Assembly (NCBI RefSeq): GCF_024298765.1 | Contig: NZ_CP101210.1 | DNA from: Escherichia coli | Lineage (GTDB): Bacteria; Pseudomonadota; Gammaproteobacteria; Enterobacterales; Enterobacteriaceae | Direction: 5' to 3' (one strand) | Length of the DNA: 64,000 nucleotides | Part shown: positions 42,655 to 52,710 of the stretch, piece by piece | Layout of the letters: each line of letters starts with the position of its first letter | How positions within the stretch are numbered: position 1 is the first letter of the stretch | Position numbers and translations under genes: made by a program | The notes under the pieces: model-generated | What the model was told of the DNA's origin: nothing | The model's input: the letters and a program-made list of their open reading frames with translations, nothing else | Database searches by the model: none

Positions 42655-43220
42655 ATGACACCCGCAGGAAATAAATTAAGCACCTTTTTGTATTTTTCCG
42701 ATAGAGTGTTCACTGATTCAGTTGTATCACCTACATAGTTAACATTTGCCAAATCAGCCACCAGTCCATAGTTAATTAATAGCCAATAATCAACAACTAT
42801 AGATGCTTGTTGTTCCATGGAATAAGAAGAAATTGACTGTAAATTAAGATCGTAATGATAATTTGCCGCCCAAGAAAATAAACCACGCAACTTAACTGCA
42901 TACCCTTTCTGATATTGCCAAACATGCATCATTTCATGAATAAACAAGTGAGAAGCACCTGCTACTGTTTCACGATCACCAGGCATTGCTTGCGATGAAT
43001 AATCTGAACTATAAACAGCATCAGGATAATACATTTCCCCGTTTGGGGTCATCGCTGTTCTTTCCCCTTGACCAGGCAAATATTTTTCATTGTGGATCCA
43101 TACCTTGCTATAATCAATTGTATTCTCAAAAATCGATCTGGCCAATGTTAATTCACCAGATGTCATTCTCCTTAATGACATATCCTTTCCCCTGGAAATA
43201 ATATCTTTCAGATAAAACAC
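42651..43220 (-). CDS. Cysteine-free HExxH zincin-like protein (candidate T6SS cargo effector)
   Basis: 189-aa ORF (alternative start at Met14, position 43181); single HEMMH motif within ASHLFIHEMMHVWQYQ; no signal peptide; AT-rich; translationally coupled to the lipoprotein gene. Confidence 0.55.
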   Translation of the reverse strand: MFYLKDIISRGKDMSLRRMTSGELTLARSIFENTIDYSKVWIHNEKYLPGQGERTAMTPNGEMYYPDAVYSSDYSSQAMPGDRETVAGASHLFIHEMMHVWQYQKGYAVKLRGLFSWAANYHYDLNLQSISSYSMEQQASIVVDYWLLINYGLVADLANVNYVGDTTESVNTLSEKYKKVLNLFPAGVI

Positions 43221-44118
43221 AAACGCCCTTTGATGTTCAATATTCCCACTTTATACAGTATTGATGACATCATCTTCATAGAAAATAAAATCAAAGCAAG
43301 TTATCAACGTTTCCCGTTATGATTTCTTAACATTAATTCTCAGCATTTTTATTAATCTATCTTCAATATCAATAACCGATGCAAATGATTACGCAGCTAA
43401 CATAATTCTCATCAATTGATTAATATCTGTAAACGCTACCGCCCCACCCTGATATCTTAATCTGCACATAGCAATCTTAACGTTATGCCCCATACATTAG
43501 TAATGTAAATTAAGAATTCGGAATATATCAAATTCACTTCATAAATTAATATCGGGAATGATATACACATTAATTATATTGAAGTAATGTTTTAAGAGTT
43601 GTAATGACCATGGAACAGGACTAATTCCAGAAACTCCTGTTGGGCAATAGCGCGTTTATCATCCTACATGCCTCTTACATTTTTTAGCCTTTTCTTTAAC
43701 GTCAGCAATTGGCTCATTTAATCAGCAATGGTATTGGTATTTGGCGTATTACCCCTGAAACCCGTCATGTGCTAGCACCTCACTATTCAATGAGCCAACC
43801 ACGCCAGTGTCCACTGCAACCACTGGCGTTCAGAGCGACGAACGAGTGGCGCAAGAGTAGGACTGCCGTCGGGCATCATCAAACCAATAGTGGTTGTTTC
43901 CGTCAAAATTTCATCAGGTTGCTATTTGGTTGCCGGCCGCCTTTATCCCCACATATTTATAGCGGGATTATTTTGCATCGTTACACGATAAAAGGTAGGA
44001 TTCTGCGCCGACAGTTATACCCATAAAGAATAATGGTGAATCTTGTCATCGCCAGGATGAATAAACATTGTTCATGGCAACTTATATGACTTTTTCATTA
44101 AAGCAATCAGGGAGAGCA

Positions 44119-45618
44119 ATGAGTAAACACGACACCGACACTTCAGATCAACACGCCGCGAAACGCCGCTGGCTTAATGCCCACGAAGAGGGGTATCACA
44201 AAGCGATGGGCAATCGCCAGGTGCAGATGATCGCCATTGGCGGCGCGATTGGTACGGGTTTGTTTTTAGGCGCGGGAGCCCGACTGCAAATGGCGGGGCC
44301 AGCACTGGCACTGGTCTATTTAATCTGCGGCTTGTTTTCGTTTTTTATTCTGCGTGCATTGGGTGAGCTGGTGCTACACCGCCCTTCCAGTGGCAGTTTT
44401 GTCTCTTATGCCCGTGAGTTTTTGGGTGAGAAAGCCGCTTATGTTGCAGGCTGGATGTACTTCATCAACTGGGCGATGACGGGGATTGTCGATATTACCG
44501 CCGTTGCACTGTATATGCATTACTGGGGCGCATTTGGTGGTGTACCGCAGTGGGTCTTTGCGCTCGCTGCGCTGACCATCGTTGGCACCATGAATATGAT
44601 TGGTGTGAAATGGTTTGCCGAGATGGAGTTCTGGTTTGCGCTTATTAAAGTGCTCGCCATTGTGACCTTTTTGGTCGTGGGTACAGTGTTCCTCGGTAGT
44701 GGTCAGCCGCTGGATGGCAACACCACTGGCTTTCATTTAATTACCGATAACGGCGGCTTCTTCCCCCACGGTTTGCTACCTGCGCTGGTGTTGATTCAGG
44801 GCGTAGTGTTTGCTTTTGCCTCCATTGAAATGGTGGGTACAGCTGCCGGAGAATGTAAAGATCCGCAGACCATGGTGCCTAAAGCGATTAACAGTGTGAT
44901 TTGGCGTATTGGCCTGTTTTACGTCGGCTCCGTGGTGTTGCTGGTTATGTTATTGCCGTGGAGCGCGTATCAGGCGGGGCAAAGTCCGTTCGTGACGTTT
45001 TTCTCTAAACTGGGTGTGCCGTACATCGGCAGCATTATGAACATTGTGGTGCTGACCGCTGCCCTCTCCAGCCTGAACTCAGGTCTGTACTGCACCGGAC
45101 GTATTCTGCGCTCGATGGCGATGGGCGGTTCCGCACCGAGTTTTATGGCGAAAATGAGTCGTCAGCATGTGCCGTATGCCGGGATTCTGGCGACACTGGT
45201 TGTGTATGTCGTCGGCGTATTCCTCAACTATCTGGTGCCGTCGCGCGTATTTGAGATTGTGTTGAACTTCGCGTCGCTGGGAATCATCGCTTCATGGGCG
45301 TTTATCATCGTGTGCCAGATGCGCCTGCGTAAAGCGATTAAAGAAGGCAAAGCAGCGGATGTCAGTTTTAAACTGCCTGGCGCGCCCTTCACTTCCTGGC
45401 TGACATTACTGTTTTTGCTGAGCGTCCTTGTGCTGATGGCGTTCGATTACCCGAACGGGACTTATACTATCGCGGCGCTGCCGATTATCGGTATTCTGCT
45501 GGTTATAGGCTGGTTTGGTGTGCGCAAACGCGTTGCTGAAATTCACAGCACTGCGCCAGTCGTCGAGGAAGATGAAGAAAAACAGGAAATTGTGTTTAAG
45601 CCTGAAACGGCGAGCTAA
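44119..45618 (+). CDS. ansP: L-asparagine permease (APC family)
   Basis: 499-aa product from the ATG at 44119 (MSKHDTDTSDQHAAKRRWLNAHEEGYHK...). Confidence 0.92.
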   Translation: MSKHDTDTSDQHAAKRRWLNAHEEGYHKAMGNRQVQMIAIGGAIGTGLFLGAGARLQMAGPALALVYLICGLFSFFILRALGELVLHRPSSGSFVSYAREFLGEKAAYVAGWMYFINWAMTGIVDITAVALYMHYWGAFGGVPQWVFALAALTIVGTMNMIGVKWFAEMEFWFALIKVLAIVTFLVVGTVFLGSGQPLDGNTTGFHLITDNGGFFPHGLLPALVLIQGVVFAFASIEMVGTAAGECKDPQTMVPKAINSVIWRIGLFYVGSVVLLVMLLPWSAYQAGQSPFVTFFSKLGVPYIGSIMNIVVLTAALSSLNSGLYCTGRILRSMAMGGSAPSFMAKMSRQHVPYAGILATLVVYVVGVFLNYLVPSRVFEIVLNFASLGIIASWAFIIVCQMRLRKAIKEGKAADVSFKLPGAPFTSWLTLLFLLSVLVLMAFDYPNGTYTIAALPIIGILLVIGWFGVRKRVAEIHSTAPVVEEDEEKQEIVFKPETAS

Positions 45619-45626
45619 TTGCAAAA

Positions 45627-45649
45627 TTGCCCGGCTACGTGCCGGGCAA
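45627..45649. terminator. Probable bidirectional terminator between ansP and yncE
   Basis: Hairpin ttgcccggc-tacg-tgccgggcaa flanked by A/T-rich runs on both sides. Confidence 0.5.
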
Positions 45650-45730
45650 ATTCAAATTACTGACGAAGGTGCCGGATACGGCGTGATAAAAGTCAGGCAA
45701 GTCTCTCCATTTTCACCCTCGCCATATCTA

Positions 45731-46792
45731 TTACAGCGCAATACGAATCACATCGTCCGGCTGGGTAGCTTCCTGCTGTTTAGTGGATTTTTGTTTCACA
45801 CTGACATACAGCGTTTTGCCATCGGCAGACAGTGCCAGGCTGTTCGGATGAGTCGGCGTATCGAACGTTTTCACCACTTTATAGCTTTTCGCGTCAATCA
45901 CACTGACTTTACCTGCCTGACGATGCGTCACGTAGGCTTCATTACGCGCGGGGTTAAACAGCACAGCCAGTGATTCCGGTGCCGCAACCTTCGCCAGAAT
46001 ATTGCCATTACGGGTATCGACCACTAACACTTCTGCCGCTTTAGAGTCGGTGATAAATGCACGCTGCCTTGCGGTATCAAGGCTGATGTTGATAAAGAAG
46101 TGCTCTTTGCCGTCATCCAGCAGCTTTTTACGGCTGAGGATTTTATTGTCGGCGGTGTCGATGGTAATCAATTCGCCGTCAGCGTTAGTGGTGTAAAGAC
46201 GTTTGCCTTTGCTATCCAGCGCTAAACCGGTACTCATTTTACCGGTGTTCTGGATGGCGGTTTTCAGTTTGATATTCTCGCCATCAACGACCCAAATCAC
46301 GCTCTCTTTACCAATACCACTGATGTAAACGGTGTTCGTGGCATCGTCTGCCACCAGCTCACGCGGTTGCAGCGGGCGCACCTCTTCAGTGCGCTTACGA
46401 TCATCCAGCACCAGACGGCCTTTCACTTCGCCCGTTTTGGCATCTATCGCCGTGACCGCGCTGTTTACAGTGTTACCAAACCACAACGTCTGAGTCGTGT
46501 TATTGATGGTAGCACCAAACGGCTTGAGATCGTTATGGATCGCCTGCGTCACTTCCAGAGTAACCGGATCAAGACGATAAACCACGCCGCCTTTATCCAG
46601 TTTGCGGCTTTGCGAAGTGGCGAGCCACAGCGCGTTTTCTTGCTGGCTATAAGCCATTTCGTAGGCACCTTTACCTACCGCTTTACGCAGCATTTCTTCT
46701 GCGGCCTGCGTACTGAATGATGAAGCAACAAGCAATGAACCTAACAGTAATGAACCACGCAGGCGCGATGAAAACAGATGACGTAAATGCAT
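45731..46792 (-). CDS. yncE: Periplasmic beta-propeller protein YncE
   Basis: 353-aa ORF with signal peptide and repeated propeller-blade motifs. Confidence 0.9.
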   Translation of the reverse strand: MHLRHLFSSRLRGSLLLGSLLVASSFSTQAAEEMLRKAVGKGAYEMAYSQQENALWLATSQSRKLDKGGVVYRLDPVTLEVTQAIHNDLKPFGATINNTTQTLWFGNTVNSAVTAIDAKTGEVKGRLVLDDRKRTEEVRPLQPRELVADDATNTVYISGIGKESVIWVVDGENIKLKTAIQNTGKMSTGLALDSKGKRLYTTNADGELITIDTADNKILSRKKLLDDGKEHFFINISLDTARQRAFITDSKAAEVLVVDTRNGNILAKVAAPESLAVLFNPARNEAYVTHRQAGKVSVIDAKSYKVVKTFDTPTHPNSLALSADGKTLYVSVKQKSTKQQEATQPDDVIRIAL

Positions 46793-46866
46793 GACGACTC
46801 CCTTTGATGAACCGATATTTTTGCTGCTTCACAATGCTTCGCTAAGCGTAATCATCGTTACGCTCT

Positions 46867-46885
46867 TGTTATAAATGGGAATGGT
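46867..46885. promoter_or_regulatory. Fur box in the yncE-yncD divergent promoter region
   Basis: gggaatggtaatcattatt matches GATAATGATAATCATTATC at about 15 of 19 positions, 75 to 95 bp upstream of yncE; consistent with known iron regulation of yncE. Confidence 0.6.
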
Positions 46886-47033
46886 AATCATTATTTTCTC
46901 AAATGTGGAGCATTTCTTGCCGTTACGACTACAATTTTCTCAATTACTTAACATATCGTGCCGTTTCGTTTTCCATAAATTTACAATTTTATTACCATGA
47001 CGGTGTTTTCCCATTCTTAACCTGGCTTTTTTC

Positions 47034-49136
47034 ATGAAGATTTTTTCCGTCCGACAGACCGTTTTTCCCGCGCTGCTTGTCCTTTCCCCCACCGTTTTTG
47101 CCGCTGATGAACAGACCATGATTGTCAGTGCCGCGCCGCAGGTGATTTCAGAACTGGATACCCCAGCAGCCGTGAGCGTGGTGGATGGCGAGGAGATGCG
47201 CCTGGCAACACCGCGCATTAACTTGTCTGAATCACTGACTGGCGTGCCTGGTTTGCAGGTACAAAACCGGCAGAACTATGCGCAAGATTTACAGCTGTCG
47301 ATTCGCGGATTTGGCTCCCGCTCCACTTACGGAATTCGCGGTATTCGCCTGTATGTTGACGGTATTCCCGCTACCATGCCCGACGGACAAGGGCAGACAT
47401 CCAATATCGATTTAAGCAGTGTGCAAAATGTGGAAGTGCTGCGTGGCCCCTTCTCTGCTCTGTATGGCAACGCGTCTGGCGGTGTAATGAATGTCATCAC
47501 CCAGACCGGACAACAGCCACCAACCATTGAAGCCAGTAGTTACTACGGCAGTTTTGGCAGCTGGCGCTATGGGCTGAAAGCAACGGGCGCAACGGGAGAC
47601 GGCACACAGCCAGGCGATGTCGATTACACCGTCTCAACCACGCGCTTTACGACCCACGGCTATCGTGATCATAGTGGCGCACAGAAAAATTTAGCCAATG
47701 CCAAACTGGGCGTTCGCATTGATGACGCCAGCAAATTAAGCCTGATTTTCAATAGTGTGGATATCAAAGCAGATGACCCAGGTGGGCTAACCGAAGCAGA
47801 ATGGAAGGCGAATCCACAACAAGCGCCCCGTGCAGAACAGTACGACACGCGAAAAACCATCAAGCAAACTCAGGCTGGGTTGCGCTATGAACGTAGCCTG
47901 AGCGCGCAAGATGATATGAGTGTAATGATGTATGCCGGAGAGCGAGAAACGACCCAGTACCAGTCAATCCCCATGTCCCCGCAACTTAACCCGTCACATG
48001 CGGGCGGCGTGATTACCCTGCAACGCCATTACCAGGGGATAGACAGCCGCTGGACACACCGTGGTGAATTGGGCGTTCCAGTCACGTTCACAACCGGCCT
48101 GAACTACGAAAACATGAGTGAAAACCGCAAGGGTTACAATAACTTCCGCCTGAATCGCGGCGTGCCGGAATACGGGCAAAAAGGTGAGTTGCGCCGCGAC
48201 GAACGCAATTTGATGTGGAACGTCGATCCCTATTTACAAACCCAGTGGCAACTGACCGACAAACTTTCGCTGGATGCTGGCGTGCGCTACAGCTCTGTGT
48301 GGTTTGATTCCAATGATCATTACGTTACTCCGGGTAACGGCGACGACAGCGGTGATGCCAGTTATCACAAATGGCTACCAGCCGGATCGTTAAAATATGC
48401 AATGACCGATGCCTGGAATGTCTATCTGGCAGCCGGGCGCGGTTTTGAAACGCCGACGATTAATGAGCTGTCTTATCGCGCTGATGGGCAAAGCGGTATG
48501 AACTTTGGTTTAAAACCCTCCACCAACGATACAATTGAGATCGGCAGTAAAACGCGTATTGGTGATGGGCTGCTTAGTCTCGCATTGTTCCAGACCGACA
48601 CCGATGATGAAATTGTTGTCGATAGCAGTAGCGGTGGGCGTACGACTTACAAAAATGCCGGAAAGACCCGTCGTCAAGGCGCTGAACTGGCATGGGATCA
48701 ACGTTTCGCGGGAGATTTTCGCGTAAAAGCGTCCTGGACCTGGCTTGATGCGACCTATCGCAGCAATGTTTGCAATGAACAGGATTGTAACGGTAACCGG
48801 ATGCCAGGGATCGCCCGTAATATGGGCTTTGCGTCGATAGGTTATGTACCGGAAGATGGCTGGTATGCAGGTACGGAAGCGCGTTATATGGGCGATATTA
48901 TGGCAGATGATGAAAATACGGCCAAAGCGCCGTCTTATACTCTCGTCGGCTTATTCACCGGGTATAAATACAATTACCACAATTTAACTGTGGATTTATT
49001 TGGTCGTGTCGATAATTTATTCGATAAAGAATACGTTGGCTCTGTCATTGTCAATGAGTCAAACGGGCGATATTACGAACCTGCGCCCGGGCGAAATTAT
49101 GGTGTCGGCATGAATATTGCGTGGCGATTTGAGTAA
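47034..49136 (+). CDS. yncD: TonB-dependent outer-membrane receptor
   Basis: 700-aa ORF; signal peptide, plug and beta-barrel regions, C-terminal aromatic residue (WRFE). Confidence 0.9.
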   Translation: MKIFSVRQTVFPALLVLSPTVFAADEQTMIVSAAPQVISELDTPAAVSVVDGEEMRLATPRINLSESLTGVPGLQVQNRQNYAQDLQLSIRGFGSRSTYGIRGIRLYVDGIPATMPDGQGQTSNIDLSSVQNVEVLRGPFSALYGNASGGVMNVITQTGQQPPTIEASSYYGSFGSWRYGLKATGATGDGTQPGDVDYTVSTTRFTTHGYRDHSGAQKNLANAKLGVRIDDASKLSLIFNSVDIKADDPGGLTEAEWKANPQQAPRAEQYDTRKTIKQTQAGLRYERSLSAQDDMSVMMYAGERETTQYQSIPMSPQLNPSHAGGVITLQRHYQGIDSRWTHRGELGVPVTFTTGLNYENMSENRKGYNNFRLNRGVPEYGQKGELRRDERNLMWNVDPYLQTQWQLTDKLSLDAGVRYSSVWFDSNDHYVTPGNGDDSGDASYHKWLPAGSLKYAMTDAWNVYLAAGRGFETPTINELSYRADGQSGMNFGLKPSTNDTIEIGSKTRIGDGLLSLALFQTDTDDEIVVDSSSGGRTTYKNAGKTRRQGAELAWDQRFAGDFRVKASWTWLDATYRSNVCNEQDCNGNRMPGIARNMGFASIGYVPEDGWYAGTEARYMGDIMADDENTAKAPSYTLVGLFTGYKYNYHNLTVDLFGRVDNLFDKEYVGSVIVNESNGRYYEPAPGRNYGVGMNIAWRFE

Positions 49137-49143
49137 TTACCTT

Positions 49144-49170
49144 GATGCCCGGTATTTGCCGGGCATTTAA
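49144..49170. terminator. Bidirectional terminator between yncD and mcbR
   Basis: Hairpin gatgcccgg-tattt-gccgggcat followed by ttaattt. Confidence 0.6.
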
Positions 49171-49171
49171 T

Positions 49172-49837
49172 TTAACGATTGTATTGCTGGTATAAAATAG
49201 CAATATTTTGTTGCATAATTTCAGCAAGACAATGTCTGCATCCCTCTTTGTCTTTTGCTTTTAACGCGGCGAGTAATAGACGATAGTTTTCTATACGCTC
49301 CCGTAATTCCGCTGGATTAATCGCTTCATAGAGATAATGTAAACCAGGTCCCATCCTGACCCACAGTTGCTCAATCATCTCACACAGGATGGGCATATTT
49401 GAACGATGATAAATCGCTAAGCGAAATAGCCTGTTCGCATTAATGATTTGTTCCATGTCGCCCTTTTCTTGCGCCTGCTGTAATTTCTCGAGCAATTCCT
49501 CGAGTTCCGCCAGGTCTTGCGGGGTGAGGTTTTCAACAGCCAGAGTAACTGCCATTAATTCCAGCTCGTAGCGGATCCGATTGATTTCGTCTAATTGACG
49601 TTTCCCCACTTCCGGAACTGTAAATGCTTGCGCTGGTGCGACAGAAAGCGCATTCACCGAAACCAGACGTAATAATGCTTCACGCACAGGTGTAATACTC
49701 ATACCTAATTGCTCCGCCAGATTTTTAGTAATCAGGCGTGCGCCAGGTTTTAATGCGCCAATACTAAGCTGATGTTTCAGGTCGTTCTCAACCTGCAGAG
49801 TCAAACTGACATGTTTCATTTTTTCCGTTCCAGGCAT
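49172..49837 (-). CDS. mcbR: GntR-family transcriptional regulator McbR
   Basis: 221-aa product from the ATG at 49837 (MPGTEKMKHVSLTLQVENDL...); winged HTH plus FCD domain. Confidence 0.88.
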   Translation of the reverse strand: MPGTEKMKHVSLTLQVENDLKHQLSIGALKPGARLITKNLAEQLGMSITPVREALLRLVSVNALSVAPAQAFTVPEVGKRQLDEINRIRYELELMAVTLAVENLTPQDLAELEELLEKLQQAQEKGDMEQIINANRLFRLAIYHRSNMPILCEMIEQLWVRMGPGLHYLYEAINPAELRERIENYRLLLAALKAKDKEGCRHCLAEIMQQNIAILYQQYNR

Positions 49838-50034
49838 TTTAATTCCTTCGCGTGTTTTCTGTCCAACCCTGCCTGCATGGCAGAAGGAGTTCACCTGGTG
49901 TATTAAAGTGAATAATCATAAACCACTCACCTTTGTTGTTATTAGCAGCAGAACAATGACGTGGTTAGTTAATTAAAGCTGAAAATAAGCTTTTTGCCTG
50001 GATTTTTATGGCGGCTTACGCCGCCGTTGAAACT

Positions 50035-51072
50035 TTAATCATCAACCGCCACGCGGATCACCACTTTGCCGAAGTTTTTACCCTTCAGCAGGCCGATAAA
50101 CGTCTGTGGCGCATTCTCTAAACCGTCAGTAATTTCTTCGCGGTAGTGGATTTTATCCTCTTTCACCCATTGCCCCATCTCCTTCTGAAACTCTTGGATG
50201 CGGTGACCATAATCCTGAGCGATAATAAATCCTTGCAAGCGAATACGTTTTTTCAGCACCGTAGCCATCAGCAGAGGTAAACGATCCGGACCGGGTGGTA
50301 GCTCTGTAGCGTTATAGCTGCTCACTAAGCCACAAACGGGAATGCGCGCAGATGTATTAAGTAAAGGTAGCACTGCATCAAATACCTTACCGCCCACGTT
50401 TTCATAATAGATATCAATACCTTTTGGGCACGCTTTCGCCAGTTGTTCGGCAAAATCATCCGCGTGATGGTCAAGACAAACATCGAAGCCCAGCACCTCA
50501 GTAGCATGGCGGCATTTTTCCACGCCACCGGCCACCCCCACCACCCTGCAACCTTTAAGTTTGCCGATTTGACCCACCGTCGCCCCCACAGGACCTGTCG
50601 CCGCAGCAACAACCAATGTTTCGCCCTCTTTGGGCTGACCGATATCCAGCAGCCCCATATAAGCGGTAAAGCCTGGCATCCCCAGCACACCCAGCGACCA
50701 CGATGGATTTTGCGGATGATCGCCAAGTTTCACCAGATCATCACCACTGGATATGTCATAGTCCTGCCATCCACTGTAGCCCAGCACCCAGTCGCCAGGC
50801 TGGTAATCAGGATGATTCGACTCCACAACACGGCTCACCGTACCGCCGACCATTACGCCACCAATATCAACCGGCGGTGAATAAGATGGCTCATCGCTCA
50901 TACGTCCACGCATATACGGGTCCAGTGACAAATAAACTGTGCGCAGTAACACCTGTCCTTCACCCGGTGTGGCGATATCATCTTCTTCAAGACGGAAATT
51001 CTCCGGAACCGGCGCGCCATGCGGACGCGAGGCCAGAACCCAACGTCGATTACGCTGCTTTTGTTGCCCCAT
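50035..51072 (-). CDS. curA: NADPH-dependent curcumin/enone reductase (MDR family)
   Basis: 345-aa product from the ATG at 51072 (MGQQKQRNRRWVLASRPHG...). Confidence 0.88.
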   Translation of the reverse strand: MGQQKQRNRRWVLASRPHGAPVPENFRLEEDDIATPGEGQVLLRTVYLSLDPYMRGRMSDEPSYSPPVDIGGVMVGGTVSRVVESNHPDYQPGDWVLGYSGWQDYDISSGDDLVKLGDHPQNPSWSLGVLGMPGFTAYMGLLDIGQPKEGETLVVAAATGPVGATVGQIGKLKGCRVVGVAGGVEKCRHATEVLGFDVCLDHHADDFAEQLAKACPKGIDIYYENVGGKVFDAVLPLLNTSARIPVCGLVSSYNATELPPGPDRLPLLMATVLKKRIRLQGFIIAQDYGHRIQEFQKEMGQWVKEDKIHYREEITDGLENAPQTFIGLLKGKNFGKVVIRVAVDD

Positions 51073-51252
51073 AATGCTCTCCTGTGCTTTTGGCATGAAT
51101 CCATCAATAGTAGCAGGCTCGCAGGAATGGTTTTGTTTGCAGCCGTCACATCCCCTCTGCAACACGCAATAATTTCATCGAGGAATCCGTTGCTTCGGGC
51201 TGTTTTCGATAGTATTGATAACGTCATCATCATTATTTAATCGAGGCCAAAC

Positions 51253-51768
51253 ATGTCCATCCGTTTTGCCCGCAAAGCCGACTGTGCTGCCATTGCGGAA
51301 ATTTATAACCACGCCGTGTTGTATACGGCGGCTATCTGGAATGACCAAACGGTGGATGCAGATAACCGCATTGCCTGGTTTGAAGCGCGGACCATAGCAG
51401 GTTATCCAGTGCTGGTGAGCGAAGAAGATGGCGTAGTGACGGGATATGCCTCGTTTGGCGACTGGCGTAGTTTCGATGGTTTTCGCCATACCGTGGAACA
51501 TTCGGTTTATGTCCATCCCGATCATCAGGGCAAAGGTCTGGGGCGTAAATTGTTAAGCCGATTGATTGATGAAGCGCGGGATTGCGGGAAGCATGTCATG
51601 GTCGCCGGGATCGAATCGCAAAATCAGGCGTCTTTGCATCTGCACCAGTCGCTGGGATTTGTCGTCACCGCGCAAATGCCGCAGGTGGGCACTAAATTTG
51701 GGCGCTGGCTGGACCTGACATTTATGCAGTTGCAACTCGACGAACGCAGTGAACCGGACGCAATCTGA
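51253..51768 (+). CDS. mnaT: GNAT-family L-amino acid N-acyltransferase
   Basis: 171-aa ORF; GNAT acetyltransferase fold motifs. Confidence 0.88.
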   Translation: MSIRFARKADCAAIAEIYNHAVLYTAAIWNDQTVDADNRIAWFEARTIAGYPVLVSEEDGVVTGYASFGDWRSFDGFRHTVEHSVYVHPDHQGKGLGRKLLSRLIDEARDCGKHVMVAGIESQNQASLHLHQSLGFVVTAQMPQVGTKFGRWLDLTFMQLQLDERSEPDAI

Positions 51769-52217
51769 TGAATCAGTCGCTCACCCTTGCTTTTTTGATT
51801 GCCGCCGGGATTGGTCTGGTAGTCCAGAACACGCTGATGGTGCGCATCACCCAGACCTCCTCTACCATTCTCATCGCCATGTTGCTGAACTCTTTGGTAG
51901 GAATTGTGCTCTTTGTTTCTATTTTATGGTTTAAACAAGGTATGGCGGGGTTTGGCGAACTGGTGTCCAACGTGCGCTGGTGGACACTTATACCTGGCTT
52001 GCTGGGATCGTTTTTTGTCTTCGCCAGTATCAGCGGATATCAGAATGTGGGAGCGGCGACAACTATTGCGGTACTGGTCGCCAGCCAGCTGATTGGCGGT
52101 CTGGTGCTGGATATCTTCCGCAGCCATGGCGTACCACTACGGGCGTTGATCGGCCCAATTTGTGGCGCAATTTTACTTGTGGTTGGTGCCTGGCTGGTGG
52201 CCAGGCGCACATTTTAA
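51768..52217 (+). CDS. ydcZ: Inner membrane protein YdcZ (DMT-like)
   Basis: 149-aa hydrophobic ORF; overlaps the mnaT stop by 1 nt. Confidence 0.85.
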   Translation: MNQSLTLAFLIAAGIGLVVQNTLMVRITQTSSTILIAMLLNSLVGIVLFVSILWFKQGMAGFGELVSNVRWWTLIPGLLGSFFVFASISGYQNVGAATTIAVLVASQLIGGLVLDIFRSHGVPLRALIGPICGAILLVVGAWLVARRTF

Positions 52218-52451
52218 TCAGAGGATGGTGCCACCTTTGGTTAACTGTTCGTGGCGCGCTTCCATATCTTCTTTATGTTTGCGACCGTGATGGGCGATCG
52301 CTGTGCGAAGACGCTGCTGCTGGGTATAGCGTTCTTCCCGACTTAACTCCGCATCATCGCTCAGGGCGATTAATAATTCGTTCATATGGGCAATGACGCT
52401 CTCTTCAATCGCGGCATCCACGCGCGCGATGACTTCATCCAGATGCGACAT
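52218..52451 (-). CDS. ydcY: Small conserved protein YdcY
   Basis: 77-aa ORF. Confidence 0.8.
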   Translation of the reverse strand: MSHLDEVIARVDAAIEESVIAHMNELLIALSDDAELSREERYTQQQRLRTAIAHHGRKHKEDMEARHEQLTKGGTIL

Positions 52452-52536
52452 ACTTTCTCCTTAGCCACTTGTGAAATTTATCGATTCATCCAAATGATAT
52501 AAGTCTGCGTGGTGCCGTCAAGCCAGTGAGTAAGAT

Positions 52537-52710
52537 TTAAAACAGTGAAAACAACAGCGCCACCGGGAAACTCATCGGCCATGTTGCCCCCACCAGAAAG
52601 GCGCTTAAGAAACGGATGCGTTTCTTATCGTGAGAAAGAAACCAGGTGATAAGAAATGCGATTGCTGCCATAACCGCATAAAAAACAAGCATGTGTTGAT
52701 AGAGAGACAT
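52537..52710 (-). CDS. ortT: Orphan membrane toxin OrtT (YdcX; GhoT-like)
   Basis: 57-aa product from the ATG at 52710 (MSLYQHMLVFYAVMAAIAFLITWF...); two predicted TM helices. Confidence 0.8.
   Translation of the reverse strand: MSLYQHMLVFYAVMAAIAFLITWFLSHDKKRIRFLSAFLVGATWPMSFPVALLFSLF

Noticed and set aside
43709-44026. 105-aa plus-strand ORF upstream of ansP
   Set aside because: No RBS, implausible composition (Arg/Cys/His-rich, no domain-like pattern); more likely non-coding leader or a gene remnant.
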